A stretch of DNA of 64,000 bases from an uncultured Acidobacteriota bacterium (GCA_963844845.1 CAWJPW010000008.1:192257-256256), one strand, 5' to 3'; positions 27,570 to 36,608 are shown, numbered from the stretch's first letter. The notes: a model not told the origin generated them from the sequence alone. Made by a program: numbers and translations.

Positions 27570-29249
27570 ATGACACGAGTACTCCACGCCGTAGCCGCCA
27601 CGGCCCTCCTGGCCGGGCTACTCTTCATGACCGCCGGCTGCCGACCGGGTGCAGGCACGCAGGTCGGTATCGCCCCACCCGACGACAGCCTCGAGCAGGG
27701 CGATACCCGCCACGAGGCCCTCGCCGATGCGGACGTCGGCAAGTGGATCACGGTTTGCGAGCCGGAGGCCTGCTTCAACGGCTATACGCTCGCGCTCTTC
27801 CGCCGCCGGATCCCCATGCTGGTCGACCTCAACGGTCGGATCGTGCACTCATGGCCTCGAGTCCGCGCGGTGGCGCGTACCCGGCTCAACCCGGACGGAA
27901 CCCTCACGGTCGACGGTGTCGACAACTACCTCAAGGAGTACTCGTGGGGCGGCCGGCTCGACTGGTACTACCGCCCGGCCAACGAGGAGGATCTCCTCCA
28001 CCACGACTTCTTTCGTCTCGCCAACGGCAACTACCTGCTCCTCCTACACGAGGCACCGGGTCGGCTCGACAAGCTGATCGAGGTCGACCGCTCGAAGCGG
28101 GTGGTGTGGTCGTGGCGGATTGCCGACCACCTCGGCGTCGACTTACCGCAGGCCGATCGCTCGTCGCACGACCCGACCCACTGCAACTCGGTGCAGGAGC
28201 TACCGCCCAACCCGCACTTCGCCGCCGGCGACGAGCGCTTCCGCCCCGGCAACATCCTGGTAAGCGCGCGCAACCTCAACTGCATCTTCGTCATCGACCG
28301 TGAGACCGGCAAGGTGGCCTGGCGCTACGAGGACAGCCTCGACTACCAGCACGAGGCCCGCATGATCGCCTCCGGAAACGTGGGAGAAGGCCTCATCGTC
28401 GTCTTCGATAACGGCTACAACAACCGCGAGGCCTACCGGCGATCATCGGTCCTCGCCATCGACCCGGTGGAGCGCCGCGTGGTGTGGCGCTACGCCGCCG
28501 ATGGGTTCTTCTCCTCGGTCGCCGGCACCGCCCAGCCGCTACCCAACGGCAACGCGCTGATCAGCTCGAGCCAGGGCGGGCGCATCTTCGAGATCACGAC
28601 CCAGGGGCACGTCGTGTGGCAGCTCGAGCCGCCCTACCTGCCCATGCGCGCGCGCCGCTACCCGGCGGACTACTGTCCGCAGCTCGAGCGCCTCAAGCCC
28701 CAGCCCCTCCACGCCGTCGCCCGCTCCGACACGCGCCCGTTCATCGACCAGGAGCTGTACGCCTACACCCTCCCCGAGGAGCACCAGACGATCAGGGACT
28801 TCCACGGCAAGACCCGGAGGCTGGTACGGGAGCCCTCGAGCTGCCGCGTGCTGTGGCTGCCCCCCAGGCCGCAGATGGTCCTCGCCTACGGTCTCGACGC
28901 GGGACCGTTGGGGCCCGCCAGCGTGAAGGGTCTCTTCCGCGCCACCCTCGAGCCGCTCGCCGGAGGCAGGCTTCGGGTGCTGCTCGACGACGAGGTCGAC
29001 TCGTCCGATCAGGAGCTCTGGCGGGAGCGCAGCATCCTTCTCGACGGTCTCGGCTACCAGAAGGTCCGGCTCTGCCTGGACGCCCGTTGGGAGGGCGACC
29101 TCGGCGAGCGGCAAGGCGACCGCATCGTACGCTGGCAGAGCCCGTGGGTCGGCAGCCGGGTCAAGCCCAAGCCGACGCCGGAGCCCGAGCTCGACCGCGA
29201 GCGCAAGCTCCGCGCCCAGCAGCTCAAGACCATCGGCTACCTGCAGTAG
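27570..29249 (+). CDS. Arylsulfotransferase (ASST/Arylsulfotran_2)-like beta-propeller lipoprotein
   Basis: ORF 27267..29249 trimmed to ATG 27570 (MTRVLHAVAATALLAGLLFMTAGC lipobox). Motifs: HHDFFRLANGNYLLL, THCNSVQ, NILVSARNLNCIFVIDRETGKVAWRY, VVFDNG. Extra C-terminal region of about 200 aa ending QQLKTIGYLQ. Confidence 0.7.
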   Translation: MTRVLHAVAATALLAGLLFMTAGCRPGAGTQVGIAPPDDSLEQGDTRHEALADADVGKWITVCEPEACFNGYTLALFRRRIPMLVDLNGRIVHSWPRVRAVARTRLNPDGTLTVDGVDNYLKEYSWGGRLDWYYRPANEEDLLHHDFFRLANGNYLLLLHEAPGRLDKLIEVDRSKRVVWSWRIADHLGVDLPQADRSSHDPTHCNSVQELPPNPHFAAGDERFRPGNILVSARNLNCIFVIDRETGKVAWRYEDSLDYQHEARMIASGNVGEGLIVVFDNGYNNREAYRRSSVLAIDPVERRVVWRYAADGFFSSVAGTAQPLPNGNALISSSQGGRIFEITTQGHVVWQLEPPYLPMRARRYPADYCPQLERLKPQPLHAVARSDTRPFIDQELYAYTLPEEHQTIRDFHGKTRRLVREPSSCRVLWLPPRPQMVLAYGLDAGPLGPASVKGLFRATLEPLAGGRLRVLLDDEVDSSDQELWRERSILLDGLGYQKVRLCLDARWEGDLGERQGDRIVRWQSPWVGSRVKPKPTPEPELDRERKLRAQQLKTIGYLQ

Positions 29250-29270
29250 GAATGTGGCGGCTGGTTCGCG

Positions 29271-31760
29271 CTAGAGGTAGCCCAGCGTCTTGAGCCGCTG
29301 GCGCTCCTCGTCACTGAGCGTGCGCTGCGGAACGGGCGTGCCCCGCTCCGCAGCCGCCGCGCCCACCAACGCCTCGAGCTCGCGGGCGAGCGCCTCGGTG
29401 CGGTCACGGTGCTCCCCCGCGAGGTTCTCGTGCTCGCCGGGGTCGCGGCCGAGATCGTAGAGCTCCTCCCGCCCCGCGGGCAGGCTGAGGATGTACTTCT
29501 CGTTCCCCACCAGCAGGCCGCGCCGGTCCACCGCGGCCTCGGGTCGGTAGGTCGCCAGCAGCACCGGCGGCGACGGCTCGTGCGCGGCGCCGAGCATGAG
29601 GGGGGTGAGGTCGCGCCCGCGCCGGGTCCCGAGGTCGTCGAGGCGCAGCAGCCGATCGACGGTGGGCAGCAGGTCGAGGTGGGAGACGACGTCCGGCACC
29701 ACCGTCCCGGCCGGCAGCGTGCCGGGGAAGGAGACGATCAGCGGAACGTGGACCTGCGCCTCGTAGAGCTGATCCACGTGCGCCATCTGCACGTGGTCGC
29801 CCAGACCCTCGCCGTGGTCGGCGGTGAGCACGACGAGGGTATGGTCGAGGAGGCCGCCGGCGCGCAAACGCTCCATGAGGAGGCCGAGCTGGCGGTCGGC
29901 GTACTCCACCTCGCGGCCGTAGGCCGCCCGCTTCTCCGCCTTCGTGTGCTTCTCCTCGCACACGAAGCGAAGCTGAGCGGTGACCGGACCGCCGGTCGGG
30001 TTCTTCAGGGTCACCGCCACCGGCGGGCGCGCGAGCAGCGCCGGGTTGCGCGGGTTGACCGTGCCGGTGGACCAGCCTGCGCCGGGCGCCATCGCAATCT
30101 CCGGCGGGTCGACCGAAACGTAGCGGAAGCTCAGCGGCCGCTCCTGCCGCGGCCCCGCAGGGAGCAGCATGAGGCGGTTCGACCCGGGCCTCAGCTCGAG
30201 GTCGAGGGTCACCATGCGCCCGTCGGCGTGGAAGCTCCCGACGGGCCGGCCGTCGAGGCGGACACCCACCTCGGGGTAGGCCTCGTCCGGCGGTGCGTAG
30301 GGCTCGTGCGGATCGCTGTAATGGACCCAGAGGAAGAAAGGCTCGGCGGGCTCGGCGTCGAGCCAGGCGAAGACCTCCCGGTTGACCTCGCCGGCATCCT
30401 TCCACCAGTCCGCTCCGAAGCGGTCGCCGTAGCTGTCGAAGCCCTGGGCGATGCCGTAGGTGGCCGAGAGAACGCCGAGGCTGACGAAGCCGGCGGTGGC
30501 GCGGTAGTTGTCCCGCAGCACCTCGGCCAGCGTGAGCTCCCTGGAGGGCAGGAGGCCGCCGTTGTTATGAACCCCGTGCTCGGCGGGCACCTCGGAGGTG
30601 AACATGGTGGAGTGGCTCGGCAGGGTGATGGGAATGTGGCTGTACGCCCGTGCGAAGCGCACCCCCGAGGCCGCCAGGGCGTCCATGTTCGGCGTCGACG
30701 TGCTTCCCCCGTAGCACGAGAGGTGGTCGGCGCGTAGCGTGTCCACAACCACGAGCAGCAGGTTGGTCCGTGCGTCGACCCGGGCGGCGTCGGCGAAAAG
30801 CCGCGGCCGGCGCCACCACACGGCCTCGCCCGGCGATGCGCCCCGGAGCCGGAGCACCACCTCGACCCGCTGACCGGCGAGGGGTCCGAGCGCGATCCGC
30901 CAGCGCTTGCGGGGCAGGTGGCCCAACGGCGCCTCGGCGACCAGCTGCTCGCCCCGCTCCCGGTGGCGCACCCACACCTGGGCGCGACCTTCCCGGGAGG
31001 CCGGGCCCCCGGCCGGAGCCACGCCGATCTCGAGAGACCCCCGAGGCGGTACCAGGAGGGGGAAGGCCACCTCCGTACCGCTCGCCTGCACGAAGCCGTC
31101 GTCCCGGCGCACGGGATCGGGCGCCGCTGCTGCGCCCGGGACCGCCAGATCGACGGCATAGAAGGCGGCAGCCAGGGGCCGGGTGTCCGACGACCCCGGG
31201 ATCCGGTCGGCCGGGCGCTCCGCCCAGGCAAAGTCGAAGCGCAGGTGACGGTCAGGGCCGAGAAGCTCTTCGGGCACCGGCAGCCGGTAGGTGGCGAGCT
31301 CGGGACCCACCGTCACGTCGCCGAGGACGCCATCGCCCAGCGCCACGTGCACGACCTGCGGCGGCGCCCCCTGGTACGCGAACGCCCGGCAGGTGAAGGC
31401 GAGCTCCACGCCCGGGGCTCGAATGACCCGGGCCGCCACCTCGGCGGTGGTCCCGATGGCCCAGGCGAAGCCGCGCCCGAGCGTCGGGTCGGACTCGAGC
31501 TCGCTCCAGCCCACCCCGAGCAGCTCGCGGTCGCCGGGGGTGCTGAAGCGGACGTGCTCCTCGGTGCGGCGGACCACCGCCTGGTCGAGGCGCCGGTCGA
31601 GGCGGAGCACCTCCGCGAGGCCCTGCGACGGCACCGCGTCGGCCGCGACCCGAGTCGCCGGTCGGAGCCCGAGAGTCGCCTCGCCCCGCCCGCCACAGCC
31701 TCCCGCCGCCAGCAGCAACGTGACGGCGAGGATGACAGACCAGAGACGGCGCACGGCCAT
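29271..31760 (-). CDS. Sulfatase-fold (alkaline phosphatase superfamily) hydrolase/transferase lipoprotein with large N-terminal domain
   Basis: ORF 29271..31781; likely start MAVRRLWSVILAVTLLLAAGGC (31760). Motifs: LLLVVVDTLRADHLSCYG, SHIPITLPSHSTMFTS (Thr at the nucleophile position), LTADHGE. Ends RQRLKTLGYL. Confidence 0.85.
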   Translation of the reverse strand: MAVRRLWSVILAVTLLLAAGGCGGRGEATLGLRPATRVAADAVPSQGLAEVLRLDRRLDQAVVRRTEEHVRFSTPGDRELLGVGWSELESDPTLGRGFAWAIGTTAEVAARVIRAPGVELAFTCRAFAYQGAPPQVVHVALGDGVLGDVTVGPELATYRLPVPEELLGPDRHLRFDFAWAERPADRIPGSSDTRPLAAAFYAVDLAVPGAAAAPDPVRRDDGFVQASGTEVAFPLLVPPRGSLEIGVAPAGGPASREGRAQVWVRHRERGEQLVAEAPLGHLPRKRWRIALGPLAGQRVEVVLRLRGASPGEAVWWRRPRLFADAARVDARTNLLLVVVDTLRADHLSCYGGSTSTPNMDALAASGVRFARAYSHIPITLPSHSTMFTSEVPAEHGVHNNGGLLPSRELTLAEVLRDNYRATAGFVSLGVLSATYGIAQGFDSYGDRFGADWWKDAGEVNREVFAWLDAEPAEPFFLWVHYSDPHEPYAPPDEAYPEVGVRLDGRPVGSFHADGRMVTLDLELRPGSNRLMLLPAGPRQERPLSFRYVSVDPPEIAMAPGAGWSTGTVNPRNPALLARPPVAVTLKNPTGGPVTAQLRFVCEEKHTKAEKRAAYGREVEYADRQLGLLMERLRAGGLLDHTLVVLTADHGEGLGDHVQMAHVDQLYEAQVHVPLIVSFPGTLPAGTVVPDVVSHLDLLPTVDRLLRLDDLGTRRGRDLTPLMLGAAHEPSPPVLLATYRPEAAVDRRGLLVGNEKYILSLPAGREELYDLGRDPGEHENLAGEHRDRTEALARELEALVGAAAAERGTPVPQRTLSDEERQRLKTLGYL

Positions 31761-31790
31761 GGCGCCCGAGTATACGCCCACGGGCGTACC

Positions 31791-32981
31791 TCACCCGCCG
31801 TCGGCGACGGCCGCGCCCAGGCGTTGGGCCAGTGCCGCGGCGGCCTCCGGCCAGCCAGGCGGTGGGGTCGCCACTGCGGAGACCCTTACCCAACCGGGGG
31901 CGCCGAAGTCCTCGCCGGGCCAGAGGCCGACGCCGTGGCGCCGGGCGAGGCGCACACACCACTCTCGCGACGTGCCGACCCCGGCGCGCTTCAGCAGCGG
32001 CCCGATGTCGCACCACAGGTAGAAGCCACCCTGCGGCATCGCGGCGGTCAGGCCGGCGGCGGCGAGGGCGGCGCGGACCCCGGCCAAGCGCTCGCGCACC
32101 GCCGCGCGGGCGGCTTCGCGGTACGCCTCGGGCACCTCGGGCAGCCGCACCAGGGCGCGCTGGACGTGGGTGTTGGGCGGGTTGAGGACCTGCGCCTGGA
32201 AGCCCGCCACCCGCGCGACCATCGACGGGTCGGCGGCAACCCAGCCCACCCGCCAGCCACAGGCGGCGTAGCTCTTGGACGCAGAGCGCAGCTGCACCAC
32301 GGTGTCGAGGGTCGGGTCGAACCGGGCCGGCAGGGTGTCGCTGCCGGACGCGAAGCGGAAGGCCTCGTATGCCTCGTCGCTCACTAGACGAAGGCCGTGC
32401 TCGCGGCACAGCTCGACCAGAGAGCGCGCTTGCTCACCGGTGAGCGTGGCGCCGTCGGGGTTGGCCGGTGAGGATAGCACCAGCGCCCTGGTGCGCGGGG
32501 TGATCGCCCGCGCGAGCCGCCCGGGTTCCCAGTCGAACCGCCCGCCCGGCTGCTGCACGCCCACCGCTCGCGCGCCCAGCAACCGCGCCACCGCCGGGTA
32601 GGCCGGGTAGCATGGCACCGGGTGGAGGAGCTCGTCGCCGGGAGCGAGGATGGCGCCGAGCACCGCCAGGATACCGGCCTTGGCGCCGTGGGTGACCATC
32701 AGCTGGGCGGGCGCCAGGGCCTGGCCCTCGCGGCGGTGCGCCTCGACGAGCGCGTCACGCAGCGCCGGTAGCCCCAGCGGCGGAGCATAGTCGCGGGCCG
32801 GCTCCAACGCCGCTTCGCGCAACGCCGCGGCGAGTTCGTCGGGCGCCGCGAAGCACGGCGTGCCCACCAGCCAGGCGTGCGGCGTTCCGGCGAACTCCGC
32901 CAGCGCCGCGACCACGTCGTCGACGGCGCGCGACGCCAGCGCCGGCAACCGCCCGGGGGATGGGGAGCCATCGGGTGTCAT
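31791..32981 (-). CDS. Class I/II pyridoxal-phosphate-dependent aminotransferase
   Basis: ORF 31791..33071 trimmed to ATG 32981, because the longer form runs into the repeat element. PLP-Lys motif RSASKSYAACGWRVGW; LSSPANPDG. Confidence 0.85.
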   Translation of the reverse strand: MTPDGSPSPGRLPALASRAVDDVVAALAEFAGTPHAWLVGTPCFAAPDELAAALREAALEPARDYAPPLGLPALRDALVEAHRREGQALAPAQLMVTHGAKAGILAVLGAILAPGDELLHPVPCYPAYPAVARLLGARAVGVQQPGGRFDWEPGRLARAITPRTRALVLSSPANPDGATLTGEQARSLVELCREHGLRLVSDEAYEAFRFASGSDTLPARFDPTLDTVVQLRSASKSYAACGWRVGWVAADPSMVARVAGFQAQVLNPPNTHVQRALVRLPEVPEAYREAARAAVRERLAGVRAALAAAGLTAAMPQGGFYLWCDIGPLLKRAGVGTSREWCVRLARRHGVGLWPGEDFGAPGWVRVSAVATPPPGWPEAAAALAQRLGAAVADGG

Positions 32982-33035
32982 CGGCGATCGAGTGTATCGT
33001 TCAAACGTTCGAACGTCTCCCCCGCCCGGGCCGTA

Positions 33036-33450
33036 GGCAGGGTCTGCGTCCGGGACCGGGGCCGGGGCCACGACCGGGGCCGCGGCCGCCCCGGAGCAGG
33101 TGCCCTCCGGCGGACGTGCCGTCCATGACGTTCTGCCAGGAGCGCCTCTTCACACGGAGCGCGTCTGCGGCAAACGTCATGGGGGGCAATCACGGCCCTT
33201 GGCGCCCGGAGAAGTGGCCCCGAACGACCAGGCAGGCGACTCGGCGCAGGGGCCCGGGGGCGGCCGTGCTGCCGTCTGCCTCCTCGTGCCGTTGCCGCCC
33301 CCGGGGCCGCGCCGACGGGCGGCGGAGCCGCCCGGGAGCCGGTGTCGGGAGCATCAGCGACCGGCGCGGTGGCCGGGGCCGCGACCGTGGGCCGCGACCG
33401 CGGCCGGGGCCGGTACCGGGGCCTGGGCCGCGGCCGGGACCGTCAACCGG
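33036..33450 (-). repeat. Repeat family 1, copy 2 (core about 33086-33357, inverted orientation)
   Basis: The reverse complement aligns block-by-block with copies 1 and 3. One hairpin uses three G-U pairs that exist only in this orientation. Confidence 0.8.
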
Positions 33451-33487
33451 TGCCGCGTCCGGATCGGCGGCTCCGCCGTGACCTTCT

Positions 33488-34621
33488 CTACTCGCCACCC
33501 CGGATCCCGAACTCCTCCAGCACCTTCGCGGTGTGCTCGCCGAGCCGCGGCGCGGGGCGTGACGGCGTCCGGCCCAGCGACGGGAGCCACGGCCCCGGAA
33601 CCTCGACCGTGGCGCCGCCGGGGGCGGTCGCCTCCTCGAGCAGGCCGGCGGCGCGGAAGTAGGGCTCCGCCCGGGCGGCGTCGAGGTCGTTGACCGGGGT
33701 CACCGGCAGACCGCGCTCCGCGGCGGCGCCCAGCCAGTGCTCGGCGGGGGCGCCGGCGAAGGCGGCCGCCACCTCGCGTGCGGCCCGCTCGCCCTCGGGG
33801 CCGAGGTCGAGGCCGGCGCCGGCGAGGTGGCGAAGCCCCAGCAGCTCCACCAGGCCGACCCAGAGCTTGGGCTCCAGGGCGGCCACCGCCACCCGCCCAC
33901 CGTCAGCGCACGCGTAGAGGCGATAGCTGGGGCAGCGGCCGCTCAGCAGGGTCGCGGCGACGCTGTCGCCACCGGCGGCCCGATCCGCCCAGGGCCAGGT
34001 GAGGAACGGCAGCGGCGCCGCGGCCAGGGGCTGCTCCACTACGCTCCCGACGCCGCTGCGGTGGCGCTCGAGCAGCGCGGCCAGCACCGCGCTGGCGGCG
34101 AGGAGGCCCGCGGCGACGTCAGCGAGGAGGATGTGGGGCAGTGCGCCGCCGGGCACGAGGTCGAGGACCCCGGCCATGGCGGTGAAGTTGAGGTCATGGC
34201 CGACCCGCCCGGCCCACCCGGGAGCGCGGCCGAAGCCGGACAGCGAGCACCACACCAGGCCGGGGTTGAGGGCGGCGAGGCGCTCGCGGCCGAGGCCCCA
34301 CCGCGCCATCGTACCGGGGCGGAAGCTCTCCACCAGCACGTCGGCGCCCTTGGCCAGTCGGCGCACCGCCGCCGCTCCCCCGGGCGAGCGCAGATCGAGG
34401 CCCAGCGACTCGGCGCCGCGATAGCAGGCGACGAACCCGGCGCCGGTGTTCCCCACCAGCGGCGGGGTGTGGCGGAAGGGGTCGCCGGCGACCGGGTCCT
34501 CGACCTTGAGAACCCGCGCGCCGAGGTCGAGGAGCTGGCGCGCCAGCACCGCCCCGGGCAGCATGCGCGAGAGGTCGAGGACCACGAGGCCCTGGAGGGG
34601 AGCCGCGTCAGCGCCCGTCAC
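33488..34621 (-). CDS. Family III CoA-transferase (CaiB/BaiF / alpha-methylacyl-CoA racemase-like)
   Basis: 377 aa. LQGLVVLDLSRMLPGAVLARQLLDLGARVLKVE; 4-nt overlap with the upstream ACAD gene. Confidence 0.85.
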   Translation of the reverse strand: MTGADAAPLQGLVVLDLSRMLPGAVLARQLLDLGARVLKVEDPVAGDPFRHTPPLVGNTGAGFVACYRGAESLGLDLRSPGGAAAVRRLAKGADVLVESFRPGTMARWGLGRERLAALNPGLVWCSLSGFGRAPGWAGRVGHDLNFTAMAGVLDLVPGGALPHILLADVAAGLLAASAVLAALLERHRSGVGSVVEQPLAAAPLPFLTWPWADRAAGGDSVAATLLSGRCPSYRLYACADGGRVAVAALEPKLWVGLVELLGLRHLAGAGLDLGPEGERAAREVAAAFAGAPAEHWLGAAAERGLPVTPVNDLDAARAEPYFRAAGLLEEATAPGGATVEVPGPWLPSLGRTPSRPAPRLGEHTAKVLEEFGIRGGE

Positions 34622-36219
34622 GAGCTCTCCCTCGCCGGCTCGAAGACCTTGACGTAGCGCATCATCTGAGCGATGTCCGAGACCTTGACCTTGCCCATCA
34701 TGAAGGCCACCTGGGGGTTCACCGCGCCGCTCTCGATGCCGACGTAGGTGCCCGCCGACATGCGTACGAGGCAGTCAGGCTCACCGGCGAGGCCGGGCGC
34801 GACCGTGCATCCGCCGTCGGCGATGCGCACCGTCCACTCGCAAGGCTCGGCTCCTTTCAGTACGAAGTGGAAGGTGGCGCGCCAGCCCTCGCGGCGCTCG
34901 GGCCGGAAGCGCCGGGGCAGCGAGCGGATGAGGTCCTCAGCTGTTGCCGGAGGCGCCGCCTCCGCCGCGGGCTCGCTCGCCACCGGCGGCTCCGACGCGA
35001 CGGCTGCGGCGGTCGCCGCGGGTGCCCGCTCCACGGGAAGCCGCGCGGAGCGCCCCGCCGCCGGTGCCGGCGGACCGCCCTCGATCATGACCCGAGCGAT
35101 GATCTCGCGCATGATTTCCGAGGTCCCGGCGACGATGGTGCCGGCGCGGGCGTCGCGGAAGAAGCGCGCCAGCGGGTACTCCTCCATGAAGCCGTAGCCG
35201 CCGAAGCACTGCAGGCACTCGTCGGCGGCGCGCTGGGCGAGGCGTGTCGCCACCAGCTTGGCCATGGCGCACTCGGCCACCGCGGGCAGCTGGTGCTCGA
35301 GACGCCAGGCGGCGTGGTAGGCGAGCTGGCGGGCGGCCTCGTTCTCGGCGGCGAGCCCGGCGAGGCGGTGGGTGAGCACCTGGTAGCGATCGAGCCGTCG
35401 GCCGAACACCTCGCGCTGGCCGAGGTAGGCCAGCGTACGCTCCAGGCAGAGCTCCACCGAGCCCACCGAGATGGCGGCGCTCACCAGGCGCTCCAGCTGG
35501 AACGCCTCCATGAGGTAGTAGAAACCCATGTTCTCCTCGCCCACCAGGCGGTCAGCGGGGACGCGGACGCCGACGAAGGCGAGCTCGGCGGTATCCGAGG
35601 CGTGCCACCCCAGCTTGGCCAGGCGACGGGTCACGGAGACGCCGGGGGTGTCGGTGTCCACCACCAGCAGCGAGATCCCCCCGGGGCCCGCCTCGCCGGT
35701 GCGCACCGCCAGGGTCACGAAGTCGCCGTCGGCGCCGTTGGTGATGAAGGTCTTGGCGCCGTCGACGACCCATTGGTCACCGTCGCGCACCGCCCGGGTG
35801 GTGAGGGCCGCGACATCGGAGCCGGTGTCGGGCTCGGTGACGCCCAGCGCGCCGATCCGCTCGCCCGCGACCGAGGGCGCGAGGTAGCGCTGCTTGAGCA
35901 CCTCGGAGCCGAAGCGGGCGATGTGGGCGGTGGCCATGAACTGCTGCACCCCCACCGCGGCGCAGAACCCGCCCATGAGGGAGCGCGGCAGCTCCTCCAG
36001 CAGCACCACCGCCGAGAAGAGATCGGCCCCGGCGCCGCCGTAGGCCTCGGGCTGGGTGACTCCCAGCAACCCCAGCTCACCCATGCGCCTGAAGATCGAG
36101 CGGGGAATCCGTCCCGCCGCCTCCCACGCATCGGCGAGCGGCGCCACCTCCCGCTCCACGAACCGCCGCACCTCGGCCCGGAACAGCTGATGCTCGTCGT
36201 TCAGATAGATCGACTCCAC
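34618..36219 (-). CDS. Acyl-CoA dehydrogenase fused to C-terminal SCP2 sterol-carrier domain
   Basis: 533 aa, GTG start after GGGAGGAG. ACAD motifs: GALGVTEPDTGSDVA, FGGYGFMEEYPLARFFRDAR. Ala/Pro linker, then SCP2-like FHFVLKG...NPQVAFMMGKVKVSD. Confidence 0.9.
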   Translation of the reverse strand: MESIYLNDEHQLFRAEVRRFVEREVAPLADAWEAAGRIPRSIFRRMGELGLLGVTQPEAYGGAGADLFSAVVLLEELPRSLMGGFCAAVGVQQFMATAHIARFGSEVLKQRYLAPSVAGERIGALGVTEPDTGSDVAALTTRAVRDGDQWVVDGAKTFITNGADGDFVTLAVRTGEAGPGGISLLVVDTDTPGVSVTRRLAKLGWHASDTAELAFVGVRVPADRLVGEENMGFYYLMEAFQLERLVSAAISVGSVELCLERTLAYLGQREVFGRRLDRYQVLTHRLAGLAAENEAARQLAYHAAWRLEHQLPAVAECAMAKLVATRLAQRAADECLQCFGGYGFMEEYPLARFFRDARAGTIVAGTSEIMREIIARVMIEGGPPAPAAGRSARLPVERAPAATAAAVASEPPVASEPAAEAAPPATAEDLIRSLPRRFRPERREGWRATFHFVLKGAEPCEWTVRIADGGCTVAPGLAGEPDCLVRMSAGTYVGIESGAVNPQVAFMMGKVKVSDIAQMMRYVKVFEPARESS

Positions 36220-36608
36220 GTCTCCTCCCGTTCAGATCAAGCCAGCGGGGCGTGGCCAGATGCCTGCCCGGCGACCGTGCGGCCCCAACCTGGCTCCGAT
36301 CGCCGCGACAACCCGCTCCCTCATTCTCCTTACCTCCGCCCCTCGGAGAGCGTGCTCAGCGCAGCTGGGCGCGCTCTCCGAGGGTGGCTGGGTGGGGGGC
36401 AGCGGGGCGGGACCCACCCGCGATTTGAGGGCCCGCTCTGAGCACCGGCGAACCCTCCCCGCTGCGGCCAGTACCTGTGCGGGCGCCGACACGGCGAAGC
36501 CGCGTAGGCTGCGGCGGCTGCCTTCGGGGGCAGGCTCGCGGGCACACGGAGGCAGACGGTGCAGCCGTGGCCGCGAAGCGGCTGGCGCCCGCACCGGAGA
36601 ACCGATGC

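Noticed and set aside
33001-33189. Small ORF (MPPMTFAADALRVKRRS...VMDGT...) conserved in all three family 1 repeat copies; also 63465..63659 and within 27133..27573.
   Set aside because: Some substitutions look synonymous. However, the frame is broken by 1-nt indels after about 26 codons in copy 3, upstream stops differ between copies (TGG, TGA, TAA), and the conserved part coincides with the two arms of a hairpin that shows compensatory changes. RNA or DNA structure explains it better than a peptide.
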